DNA of 64,000 bases from Alphaproteobacteria bacterium. Lineage in GTDB: Bacteria > Pseudomonadota > Alphaproteobacteria > SHVZ01. The notes below the pieces were generated by a model. It had not been told where the DNA came from and did no database searches. It saw only the letters and a list, made by a program, of their open reading frames with translations. The position numbers and the translations under genes are program-made. How positions within the stretch are numbered: the first letter of the stretch is position 1; every line of letters begins with the position of its first letter. The stretch spans positions 196,042-260,041 of the forward strand of contig JAYRJL010000007.1 in assembly GCA_041906305.1 (NCBI GenBank), in the 5' to 3' direction. Of the stretch, positions 1-8,239 are shown piece by piece.

Positions 1-59
1 CTCGAAGCGTGGCGAGGCGACGGCGAGGGCGTCAAGGGAAGGCGGGCAGGACCGAAATT

Positions 60-1553
60 CTAGGGGGCGGCTGTGATGTGGTGGCGAGGTCGTGGCGAGA
101 ACCACTCCGGCTTCGCCGCCTCGATCTGGGCGGCCAGCCTCAGCACCATGTCGTCGCGGCCGAACCTGCCGTGGAGCAGCGCACCGATCGGCAGGCCGTC
201 CGCATCGAGGCCGGCCGGCACCGAGACCGACGGCATCCCGGTCTCGTTGCCCGGGATGGTGTAGCGGCAGGCGTCGTAGAGACGCTCGAACCACGTGGCA
301 TACGGTTCCTGGCTGTAGGGCGAGTAGGGACCGTTGGCCTTTGGCACGCGGATCGAGAGCGTGGGCGTCAGCAGCGCATCGTACGTGGCCATCGCCTTGC
401 CGAAGCTGCGGGTAGAGGCGTTGTTCTCGGCGAAGGCGCGCTGCAGGTCGAACAGCGTCGTCTCCTGGGAAGCGAGCAGGTGCTGGTAGTAGGTCGGCGA
501 CATCTGCTTGGCGAGATCTTCGAGGCTCACGCCACGCAGCCGTGCCGTCTCGATATGGCCGCGACGGACGGCGCGACCGTGGGTCGTGTAGCCACGCCGG
601 AGCATCTCGAAATCGCAGATGTCGGCGTCCTTCACCTCCTCGACCGTGTGCCCGAGGCTCTCCAGCAGTTTCGCGACCTCGCCGAGCCGCTGGACGACGG
701 CGGCATCGACCGGAGACGCAGCACCCCACGGGCCGCAGGAGAATCCGATCCGCCACCGCCTCGGCGGATCGCCGATCGCGGCGAGGAAGGAGGGAACGGC
801 TGGCGTCAGCCGGATGAAGAAGCCGCCCTCCGCACCCTTTGCGAGCCCGTCGAGGGCGAGGGCCGTGTCGCGCACGGTCCGCGTCACCACGCTCTCGTAG
901 ACGTGGCGCGTCATGTACTCGCTGGAGGAGAGATTGCGCGGCACCAGGCCGCGCGAGGGCTTGTGCCCGACCAGCCCGCAGAACGACGCCGGGATGCGGA
1001 TCGAGCCGCCGCCGTCGGACGCCATGCTTATCGGCAGCACGCCGGCCGACACCATCGCCGCCGAGCCGCCCGACGATCCGCCGGGGGTACGGTCCAGGTT
1101 CCAGGGGCTGCGCGTGACGATGAGCTCGTCGAGGTAGTCGGTGGTGGTGTCGAAGGTCCAGCCGAACTCGGGCGTCGTGGAGCGCCCGATCGGCACGAGG
1201 CCCATGCCGAGGTAGTTCTCGATCAACGGGTCGGTCGCTTGTGCGACGTTACCGCGGAACTGCCGCGAGCCGTTCTCGAGCTTCCGGCCCTTGAGGCCCG
1301 ACAGCACGTCCTTGAGCAGCAGCGGTACGCCGTAGAACGGGCCATTGCGGCTGGGGCCGTCGGTGTCGGGATTGGCGACGACGTCCTCGAACACCTCCAG
1401 CACCGCTCTCAGCTTCGGATTGAGCTTGGCGATGCCGGCGGCGGCCTGCTGCGCCGCTTCCCGGGCCGTGATCTCGCCTGCGCGGATGCGTTTGCCGAGC
1501 GCGATCGCGTCGAGAGACGACCACTCCGACCAGGAGAGCGCGGTCTTCGACAT
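60..1553 (-). CDS. amidase (amidase-signature family)
   Basis: Track ORF 60..2714 trimmed to ATG 1551-1553 (MSKTALSWSEW...), 497 aa. Carries the amidase-signature blocks GGSSGGSAAMVSAG and DGGGSIRIPA. Shares 1 nt (TGATG) with the upstream gene's stop. The remaining N-terminal part of the track ORF is Arg/Pro-rich shadow. Confidence 0.9.
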   Translation of the reverse strand: MSKTALSWSEWSSLDAIALGKRIRAGEITAREAAQQAAAGIAKLNPKLRAVLEVFEDVVANPDTDGPSRNGPFYGVPLLLKDVLSGLKGRKLENGSRQFRGNVAQATDPLIENYLGMGLVPIGRSTTPEFGWTFDTTTDYLDELIVTRSPWNLDRTPGGSSGGSAAMVSAGVLPISMASDGGGSIRIPASFCGLVGHKPSRGLVPRNLSSSEYMTRHVYESVVTRTVRDTALALDGLAKGAEGGFFIRLTPAVPSFLAAIGDPPRRWRIGFSCGPWGAASPVDAAVVQRLGEVAKLLESLGHTVEEVKDADICDFEMLRRGYTTHGRAVRRGHIETARLRGVSLEDLAKQMSPTYYQHLLASQETTLFDLQRAFAENNASTRSFGKAMATYDALLTPTLSIRVPKANGPYSPYSQEPYATWFERLYDACRYTIPGNETGMPSVSVPAGLDADGLPIGALLHGRFGRDDMVLRLAAQIEAAKPEWFSPRPRHHITAAP

Positions 1554-2644
1554 CAGCCGATACCGGCGGCCTTGTCGAGATCGGCGCGCTTGAGGCCGGC
1601 GGCTTCGGCTGCCTTTGAAACTTCTTCCCAGGTCGTGGCGTCGACCGGGATGCCGTCCCGCTCGCGCTCGGCGCGTCGCTTGCGTTCGGGCTCGCCCGCG
1701 ACCAGCACCTCCTCGACACCCGGCAGCGGCTTCGACGACTTGACCCAGTCGACGAAGCGGTTGGCCTCGGCGCCGACATTGTCGCCGCCGCCGAGCCTGG
1801 TCGGCTCGACGATGATCGACAGCATGCTGTTCATGATCGGCCGGTTCTCGTAGTTGCCCGGATACGTGGTACCCCCGCCGGTGAGCGCGCCAGCGAACAG
1901 CTCGCAGATCATCGCCAGACCCGAGCCCTTGTGCTCGCCGAAGGTGAAAAGCGCGCCGCGCTTCTCCGGCGGTGCGTACATCACGCCTGGATCGCGGGTC
2001 GGCTTGCCCTCGGCATCGATCAGGCAGTTCTCCGGCACCTGCTCGCCCTTGTTGAAGGCGACGCGGACCTTGCCCATCGCGATCTTCGAGGTGGCGAAGT
2101 CGAGGATGATCGGCGGGCGGCCCGGCAGCGGGAATCCCGCGGAGTAGGGATTGGTCTGGAAGCGCGTCTGGCTGCCGCCGAAAGGCGCGACCGAGGTCAC
2201 GCCGGCGAAGCCCGCGACGTAGTGCATCGAGACGAAGCCCTTGGCCGCGCACTGCTCGGCCCAGTGGCCGATGCGGCCGGTATGGTGCGCGTTTCGGATG
2301 CCGAGCACGCAGATGCCCATCTGCTTGGCCCGTTCCATCGCGAGGTTCATCGCGTCGTACGCGATCACCTGGCCGAGGCCGAGGCCGCCGTCGACGGTGA
2401 GGATGGGACCAGAGTCGACCGCGATCGTGTGCTTGGCGTTGATCGTCAGCTTCTCTTCGCGCCAGGCCAGCAGGTAGGCCGGGATCATGCCGACGCCGTG
2501 GGAGTCGTGGCCGGAGAGGTTGGCCGCGACCAGGTGATCGGCGGTCAGCTCCTGCTCGCGCGTGCTGCTGCCGACCTGGGCGAAGACGAGCATGATCGCC
2601 TTCTTGAGGTTGGCAGGCGTCATCCGGTGGTAGCTGGCGGCCAT
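1553..2644 (-). CDS. Ldh_2 family malate/L-lactate-type dehydrogenase
   Basis: Track ORF 1553..3484 trimmed to ATG 2642-2644 (MAASYHRMTPANL...), 363 aa. Ldh_2-type blocks SGHDSHGVGMIP, NAHHTGRIGHW and FGEHKGSGLA. No strong SD, so the exact start is less certain. Confidence 0.85.
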   Translation of the reverse strand: MAASYHRMTPANLKKAIMLVFAQVGSSTREQELTADHLVAANLSGHDSHGVGMIPAYLLAWREEKLTINAKHTIAVDSGPILTVDGGLGLGQVIAYDAMNLAMERAKQMGICVLGIRNAHHTGRIGHWAEQCAAKGFVSMHYVAGFAGVTSVAPFGGSQTRFQTNPYSAGFPLPGRPPIILDFATSKIAMGKVRVAFNKGEQVPENCLIDAEGKPTRDPGVMYAPPEKRGALFTFGEHKGSGLAMICELFAGALTGGGTTYPGNYENRPIMNSMLSIIVEPTRLGGGDNVGAEANRFVDWVKSSKPLPGVEEVLVAGEPERKRRAERERDGIPVDATTWEEVSKAAEAAGLKRADLDKAAGIG

Positions 2645-2707
2645 GGAAATCTCGCTGGAAGGAAAGAAAATCGGCGGGATCGGCACCCTGCCACGGGCCC
2701 TTGGGGG

Positions 2708-2721
2708 CCGGCAATTGCCGG
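2708..2721. promoter_or_regulatory. perfect 14-bp palindrome CCGGCAATTGCCGG in the Ldh_2 / pcaH divergent intergenic region (candidate operator)
   Basis: Read directly from the sequence; coordinates cross-checked against the frame of track ORF 1931..2746. No cognate regulator gene lies next to it. Confidence 0.35.
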
Positions 2722-2779
2722 ACGCAATCGGCGAACGGGCTGCTAACATGAGGGCCGGATCTTCAACGGAACCGCGCGC

Positions 2780-3490
2780 ATGACCGGCCTCAGACCCTAT
2801 CGCCCGATTGCCCCCGGCGCCCATCCGCCGAACGACTTCGAGGGCTACGGCTCGACCAGGCTCCGCCACCCGAAGCAGGCCCCGGTCGCGATCCCGCAGA
2901 CGCTGTCGGAGATCACGGGGCCGGTATCCGGCTTCGAGCGCTTCGGGCCGCCTGAGATCGATCTGACGATGCAGGGAAAGTCGCCAGCGCAGGGCGAGCG
3001 GATCATCGTCGAGGGCCTGGTGCTGGACGAGGACGAACGCCCGATCCCGAACACGCTGGTCGAGCTCTGGCAGGCGAACGCCGCCGGCCGCTATCGCCAC
3101 GACGGTGACCAGCACGACGCGCCGCTCGATCCCAACTTCACCGGCGCCGGCCGCGCGATCACCGATGCCGAGGGCCGCTACCGCTTCGTCACGATCAAGC
3201 CGGGCGCCTATCCCTGGCGGAACCACAACAACGCCTGGCGGCCGGCGCATCTGCACTTCTCGATCTTCGGTCCGAGCTTCCTCACGCGGCTGATCACGCA
3301 GATGTACTTCCCGGGCGATCCGCTGCTCGCGCACGACCCGATCTTCAATTCGACCAGAGATCCGAAGGCGAGGGAGCGGATGGTGTCCGCCTTCGACTTC
3401 AACCTGACCAAGCCCGAATGGGCGCTCGGCTACCGCTTCGACATGATCGTGCGCGGCCGCAACGCGACACCGATGGAAGCGCAAGGATGA
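2780..3490 (+). CDS. pcaH: protocatechuate 3,4-dioxygenase beta subunit
   Basis: 236 aa. Intradiol dioxygenase blocks ELWQANAAGRYRH and WRPAHLHFSIFG. ATGA overlap with the next gene. Confidence 0.93.
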   Translation: MTGLRPYRPIAPGAHPPNDFEGYGSTRLRHPKQAPVAIPQTLSEITGPVSGFERFGPPEIDLTMQGKSPAQGERIIVEGLVLDEDERPIPNTLVELWQANAAGRYRHDGDQHDAPLDPNFTGAGRAITDAEGRYRFVTIKPGAYPWRNHNNAWRPAHLHFSIFGPSFLTRLITQMYFPGDPLLAHDPIFNSTRDPKARERMVSAFDFNLTKPEWALGYRFDMIVRGRNATPMEAQG

Positions 3491-4038
3491 CCGCCACGCC
3501 CTTCCAGACCGTCGGACCGTTCTTCCGCTTCGGCCTGATCTTCGACGGCTGCAACGAGATCGTGGGATCGTGCGAGGGTATGCGCCTCACGATCGAGGGA
3601 ACCGTGCGCGACGGGGCAGGCGCCGCGGTGCCGGACGCGCTGATCGAGACCTGGCAGGCGGACGCGTCCGGCCGATATCACCATCCGGAGGACGAGCGTG
3701 CCGGGACCGAGAAGCCGTTCGACGGCTTCCGGCGCGCGGCGACCGATGCGGAAGGTCGCTTCCACCTGACCACGGTGAAGCCGGGGCCGGTGCCGGGCCC
3801 GGGCAACCGCCAGCAGGCACCGCATCTCGTCGTCGGCGTGTTCGCGCGCGGGCTGCTGACGCGGCTGGTCACGCGGATCTACTTCGAGGGCGAGGCCGCC
3901 AACGAGCAAGACCCGATCCTCGAGCTGGTGGCGGACGAGCGCGTGCCGACACTGATCGCCAGGCGCGTCGCCGACGACCGCTACCGTTTCGACATCGTGC
4001 TGCAGGGGAAGGACGAGACCGTCTTCTTCGCCCCGTGA
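3487..4038 (+). CDS. pcaG: protocatechuate 3,4-dioxygenase alpha subunit
   Basis: Track ORF 3418..4038 trimmed to ATG 3487 (MTATPFQTVGPFF...), 183 aa. Blocks ETWQADASGRYHH and APHLVVGVFARGL. The start overlaps the pcaH stop. Confidence 0.92.
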   Translation: MTATPFQTVGPFFRFGLIFDGCNEIVGSCEGMRLTIEGTVRDGAGAAVPDALIETWQADASGRYHHPEDERAGTEKPFDGFRRAATDAEGRFHLTTVKPGPVPGPGNRQQAPHLVVGVFARGLLTRLVTRIYFEGEAANEQDPILELVADERVPTLIARRVADDRYRFDIVLQGKDETVFFAP

Positions 4039-5381
4039 GCGCGCTCACCTCTCGTCTGTTCGGCGATCCCGCGGTCGACGCCGCCCTCTCCGACGAGGCA
4101 CGGCTGCAGGCGATGCTCGATGTCGAGGTGGCGCTGGCCGAGTCGGAATCCGATCTCGGCCTGGTGCCGACCGACGCGCTGGCGGCGATCCGCGAGGCTG
4201 GCAAGGCATCGCATTACGACATTCCGACGCTCGCAGAGGAGGCGACCCGGGCCGGAAACCTCGCGATCCCTCTGGTCAAGGCGCTGACGAAGCAGGTCGT
4301 CCAGATCAATGCGGATGCGTCGCGGTTCGTCCATATGGGCGCGACCAGCCAGGACATCATCGACACCGGCCTCGTGCTCCAGCTCAAGAAGGCGGTCCCG
4401 CCGATCGCGGCGCATCTGGCGCGCGCGGCGGTTGCCGCCGCGGGACACGCCCGGACGCACGCGTCGACGCCGATGATCGGACGGACCTGGATGCAACAGG
4501 CGGTGCCGGTGACCTTCGGGCTCAAGGCGGCGGGCTGGCTCGAAGCGTTGCGCCGCGTGCGGGTGCGCCTCGACGCGGATCTCGATACAGCCCTGGTCCT
4601 GCAGTTCGGCGGTGCGGCCGGCACGCTCGCCTCGCTCGGCGCCGACGGGCCGGAGGTCGCGCGGGTGCTGGGTTACCGGCTCGGCCTTCCGGTGCCCGAC
4701 ATGCCCTGGCACGCGCATCGCGACCGCCTCGTCGCCCTGGCGACGACGCTGGGCCTTGCGGCCGGCGTGCTCGGGAAGATCGCCCGCGACCTGGCGCTGA
4801 TGGGGCAGACGGAGATCGGCGAAGCCTACGAGGCGCCGGCGGCAGGCCGCGGTGGCTCCTCGACCATGCCGCACAAGCGCAACCCGGTCTCGGCGTCGGT
4901 CGCGCTCGCCGCGGCGGCGCGGGCGCCGGGACTGGTCGCGACGATGCTCGGGTCGATGGATCAGGAGCACGAGCGCGGTCTCGGCGGCTGGCAGGCGGAA
5001 TGGGAGACGTTGCCGGAGCTGATCCGGATCACCGGCGGTGCCGCGCGCGCGACCGCGGAGGCGCTCGAGGGACTCGTCGTCGATCCGGCGCGGATGCGCG
5101 CCAACATCGAGGTGACCGGCGGCTTGGTGCTGGCCGAGGCTGTCTCGGCGACCTTGGGCAGTCGGCTCGGCAAGGCCAGGGCGCATGAGCTGGTCGAGGC
5201 GGCGTGTCGGAAGTCCGTATCGGAGAAGCGCCCCCTGCGCGAGATACTCAGCGAAGACCCGCAGATTTCGCGCTCCCTCAGCCCCGACGAGATCGAGGTG
5301 CTGGTGATGCCGGAGGCCTATCTCGGGGCGTCGTCCGAGTTCGTCGGGCGCGTGCTGGCCAGGGAGAGCGGAGATGGATGA
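4035..5381 (+). CDS. pcaB: 3-carboxy-cis,cis-muconate cycloisomerase
   Basis: Track ORF 3570..5381 trimmed to GTG 4035 (GTGA overlap with the pcaG stop), 448 aa. Fumarate-lyase superfamily signature GSSTMPHKRNP and MGATSQD. The N-terminus LFGDPAVDAAL...MLDVEVALA is typical of PcaB. Confidence 0.9.
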   Translation: MSALTSRLFGDPAVDAALSDEARLQAMLDVEVALAESESDLGLVPTDALAAIREAGKASHYDIPTLAEEATRAGNLAIPLVKALTKQVVQINADASRFVHMGATSQDIIDTGLVLQLKKAVPPIAAHLARAAVAAAGHARTHASTPMIGRTWMQQAVPVTFGLKAAGWLEALRRVRVRLDADLDTALVLQFGGAAGTLASLGADGPEVARVLGYRLGLPVPDMPWHAHRDRLVALATTLGLAAGVLGKIARDLALMGQTEIGEAYEAPAAGRGGSSTMPHKRNPVSASVALAAAARAPGLVATMLGSMDQEHERGLGGWQAEWETLPELIRITGGAARATAEALEGLVVDPARMRANIEVTGGLVLAEAVSATLGSRLGKARAHELVEAACRKSVSEKRPLREILSEDPQISRSLSPDEIEVLVMPEAYLGASSEFVGRVLARESGDG

Positions 5382-5754
5382 GAAGGAGCGGCATGCCGCC
5401 GGCATGAAGGTCCGCCGCAAGGTGCTGGGCGAGGCGCATGTCGACCGCTCGGTCGCCAAGACCAACGACCTCACGCGCGAGTTCCAGGACCTGATCACGC
5501 GCTACGCCTGGGGCGAGATCTGGACTCGCCCCGGCCTGGACATCCGCACCCGCCGCATCCTGGTGATCGGCACGCTGCTGGCGCTGTCGCGCTGGGATGA
5601 GTTCCGGATGCATGCGCGCGCCGCCCTCGTCGAAGGCGGCTTCTCGACCGACGATCTCAAGGAGATCGTGCTGCAGCAGGCGATCTATTGCGGCGTGCCG
5701 GCGGCGAACACCGCCTTCCACATGCTCGACGAGCTCCAGAAGGAGCTGGGCTAG
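5374..5754 (+). CDS. pcaC: 4-carboxymuconolactone decarboxylase
   Basis: 126 aa, carboxymuconolactone-decarboxylase-type sequence (WGEIWTRPGLD, QQAIYCGVPAA). 8-nt overlap with pcaB. Its stop overlaps the convergent GGT-1 stop in CTAG. Confidence 0.9.
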   Translation: MDEKERHAAGMKVRRKVLGEAHVDRSVAKTNDLTREFQDLITRYAWGEIWTRPGLDIRTRRILVIGTLLALSRWDEFRMHARAALVEGGFSTDDLKEIVLQQAIYCGVPAANTAFHMLDELQKELG

Positions 5755-7265
5755 CCCTCGGCGAGCGCGACCGGCCACGGCGTGGTCGGATGCGCCATGC
5801 CGGTGTTGATGCCGTCCGCGCGGATCACGGCATTGGGGACCCCGAACTGCACCGGATAGACTGTGTCCGTGACCCGCGAGACCGGGAACGATCTCGCGAT
5901 CGCAGCGACGTGAGCGGGTCCCATGCGGTCATCGCAGATCACGGTCGCGGTGCTGGCGTCGAGCCGGGGCATCCGGATTGCTTCCTCGACCGGCATGCCG
6001 AAATCGAGCAGGAACGAGGCGATCTGCACCAGCGCCGGCACGATCTGGCGGCCTCCTGCGGCACCCATGACGAACGAAGGCTCGCCTCGGCGCGTCGCCA
6101 GCAATGGGCACATGTTGGCGAGGGGGCGTCTCGCCGCGGCGATCGCGTTCGCGGTGCCGGGCCGCGGGTCGAACCACATCATACCGTTGTTCATGAGAAG
6201 GCCGGTCGAGGGCAGAACCAGCTTCGAGCCGAAGCGGGCGAGTAGCGTGTTGGTCAGCGAGACCATGTTGCCGTCGGCGTCGATGACGCTGACATGCGAC
6301 GTGCAGCCCGGATCGTGCGTGAGGCCGGCATGACCGTAGGTCGACAGGCGGTCGGCATATGCGGCAGTGATCCCGCGTGCAAAGGCGACGAAGGTCTCCG
6401 GTGTCGGCATCGCACCCGGCTCGATCGCCGCGAGCAGCGACCGCATCGCCGCGAGATAGGTCGGCCCGCCCGTGAGCCCCGGCATCGCCGCGATCTCGGT
6501 GCCGCGATAGTCGAGCGAGGCCGGCTCGACCAGGCGCGCCTCATACCCGGCGAGATCTTCGCGGTCGAGCACGCTGCCCTGCGCGGCGAGATCGCTAGCG
6601 ATCCGTTGGGCGATGCCACCCTCGTAGAAATCGCGCGGGCCGGCGTCGGCGAGGCGACGCAGCGTCGCCGCCAACGCCGGGTTGGCGAGCCGGATCCCGG
6701 TGTCCGCTCTCGGAGCCTTGCCGTCCGGCAGGAAGATCGCGCGGGTCGACGGAAAGGCATCGAGACCGGTCTCGACGCCGATGGTGAGCTCCGTGAACCA
6801 GTCGACGGGAAGCCCGGCCTCCGCGAGCTCGATCGCCGGCCGGATCAAGGCAGGCCACGAAAGGCGTCCGAAGCGCTCGGCGGCGAGGCCGAGCCCGGCG
6901 ACGGTGCCGGGAATGCACACCGCTTCGGGCCCGAGGATGTTGCGATCGCCGTCGACCCTCGGCCATTGGAAGAGGCCGGAGTCGGTGCCGGTCGCGAGCG
7001 GATAGCGCGCGGGATCGAGCCGACGCGGCGAGACCATCGAGAAGTCGATGCCATGGGTCCGTCGCTCAGAAGAGAGCCTGACGAGCATCAATCCCCCGCC
7101 GCCGAGCCCGCTCAGCCACGGTTCGACGACACCGACCGCGACGGTTGCCGCGATCGCGGCGTCGACCGCATTGCCGCCGGCTTCCAGCATGCGAAGCCCG
7201 GCTTCGGCGGCGGCGGGATGCTGGGCGGCGACGACGCCGCGCCTGGAGACGACGGTGCGCTTCAA
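5751..7265 (-). CDS. gamma-glutamyltranspeptidase-family Ntn hydrolase, leaderless (GGT-1)
   Basis: 504 aa. N-terminus GVVAAQHPAAAEAGLRMLEAGGNAVDAAIA matches the mature GGT start, so there is no signal peptide. Thr nucleophile context PGCTSHVSVIDADGN; oxyanion block AAGGRQI. Only a TTG start is available (7263-7265). Confidence 0.88.
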   Translation of the reverse strand: MKRTVVSRRGVVAAQHPAAAEAGLRMLEAGGNAVDAAIAATVAVGVVEPWLSGLGGGGLMLVRLSSERRTHGIDFSMVSPRRLDPARYPLATGTDSGLFQWPRVDGDRNILGPEAVCIPGTVAGLGLAAERFGRLSWPALIRPAIELAEAGLPVDWFTELTIGVETGLDAFPSTRAIFLPDGKAPRADTGIRLANPALAATLRRLADAGPRDFYEGGIAQRIASDLAAQGSVLDREDLAGYEARLVEPASLDYRGTEIAAMPGLTGGPTYLAAMRSLLAAIEPGAMPTPETFVAFARGITAAYADRLSTYGHAGLTHDPGCTSHVSVIDADGNMVSLTNTLLARFGSKLVLPSTGLLMNNGMMWFDPRPGTANAIAAARRPLANMCPLLATRRGEPSFVMGAAGGRQIVPALVQIASFLLDFGMPVEEAIRMPRLDASTATVICDDRMGPAHVAAIARSFPVSRVTDTVYPVQFGVPNAVIRADGINTGMAHPTTPWPVALAEG

Positions 7266-7272
7266 CGAAGCG

Positions 7273-8076
7273 TCACCCGGGATGCTTCTTGTCCTGGTGG
7301 ACGGCGAGGCTGCCGATCGAGTTGCCGCCGTCGACGGTCAGAGTGGTCCCGGTGATATACGCGGCCTTGCTCGAGCAGAGGAAGAGGACCGCATCGGGTG
7401 CTTCGTTCGGCAAGGTCGCGCGGCCGAGCGGGATCTGCTGGAGCGTCGCTTCGACATGCGCCTGGGTGAGGGGGCTCGCGGTCGATCCCGGCGCGAAGCC
7501 GGGCTCGACGATGTTGACGCGGATGCCGAACTCGGCGAGCTCGATCGCGAAGCCCTTGTTGAGGCGGTCGAGCGCCGTCTTCGAAAGGCAGTAGGGCGCC
7601 ACCGTGCGCCGCATCTTGCGCGACGCCCCCGACGAGATGTCGACGATGCTGCCCTTGACCTTGTGCTGGATCATCAGCTTGGCGAAGCCCCGCGAGACCA
7701 GGAATGGAGCGCGGAGGTTCACGCCGATGATGCGGTCCCACTCCTTGGCGTCGATGTCGAGGAGGAAGCCGCTCGGATAGATGCCGGCATTGTTGACGAC
7801 GATGTCGGCGGCGCCCCAGGCCTTGGCGACGCTGGCGACGAGATCGTCGATCGAGGCGGCGTCGGTCAGGTCGGTCTTGTGGGTGAGACCGCCCTTGGCC
7901 GAGAGGTTCAGCTCGCCTGCGAACTTGGCGAGGTCGTCGCCTTTTACGTCCGAGAGACAGATTTTCGCGCCCACTGCGTCGAAGGCCTTGGCGATCCAGC
8001 GGCCGTAGATGCCGCAGGCGCCGGTGACGACGACGCGCTTGCCTTGGAACTCGTCACCCCAGCTCATCGCGGCCAT
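7273..8076 (-). CDS. SDR family oxidoreductase
   Basis: Rossmann motif VVVTGACGIYG, NNAG, and catalytic YCLSK (Y-x3-K). ATG at 8076 is preferred over ATG 8091 because the first codons of the long form (CGA GTA TCT) are A/T-ending. ATG 8067 is also possible. Confidence 0.85.
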   Translation of the reverse strand: MAAMSWGDEFQGKRVVVTGACGIYGRWIAKAFDAVGAKICLSDVKGDDLAKFAGELNLSAKGGLTHKTDLTDAASIDDLVASVAKAWGAADIVVNNAGIYPSGFLLDIDAKEWDRIIGVNLRAPFLVSRGFAKLMIQHKVKGSIVDISSGASRKMRRTVAPYCLSKTALDRLNKGFAIELAEFGIRVNIVEPGFAPGSTASPLTQAHVEATLQQIPLGRATLPNEAPDAVLFLCSSKAAYITGTTLTVDGGNSIGSLAVHQDKKHPG

Positions 8077-8117
8077 GTCAGATACTCGCATTTCGAAGAT
8101 TGCAACGCTTCATCGCT

Positions 8118-8211
8118 CCCACCCTAACCCTCTCTCACGCCGGAGGAGGGGACAAGAGCCGGAGGCAAAAAAGAGAAACCCTCCCCCTTGATGGGGGAGG
8201 GCAGGGTGGGG
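8118..8211. repeat. REP-like palindromic intergenic repeat, copy 1 (CCCACCCTAACCCTC ... GGGGGAGGGCAGGGTGGGG)
   Basis: Outer arms CCCACCCT (8118-8125) and AGGGTGGGG (8203-8211). Inner hairpin CCCTCCCCC-TTGAT-GGGGGAGGG (8179-8201). Sits between the SBP and SDR genes. Confidence 0.7.
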
Positions 8212-8239
8212 ATGAAGTTACGGACTCGATGTCAGCCGA

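Noticed and set aside
1-63. Open plus-strand frame entering from the left edge and ending at TAG 61-63 (…LEAWRGDGEGVKGRRAGPKF)
   Set aside because: Only 20 codons are visible, third-position GC is about 70%, and no motif is present. It cannot be distinguished from noise without the upstream sequence.
9-1853. 614-aa plus-strand ORF covering the amidase locus
   Set aside because: It is antisense to a gene with unmistakable amidase-signature motifs. The product is Arg/Gly/Ala/Pro-rich low-complexity sequence with no motif, a typical high-GC shadow ORF.
8118-8211. Possibility that the GGGAGGG/CCCTCCC repeats represent a CRISPR array or a coding Gly-rich protein (track ORFs 8100..8321 and 51975..52934)
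   Set aside because: The copies are single, internally palindromic and 44 kb apart, with no regular repeat-spacer periodicity and no cas genes. The ORFs through them are translation artefacts of the repeat.
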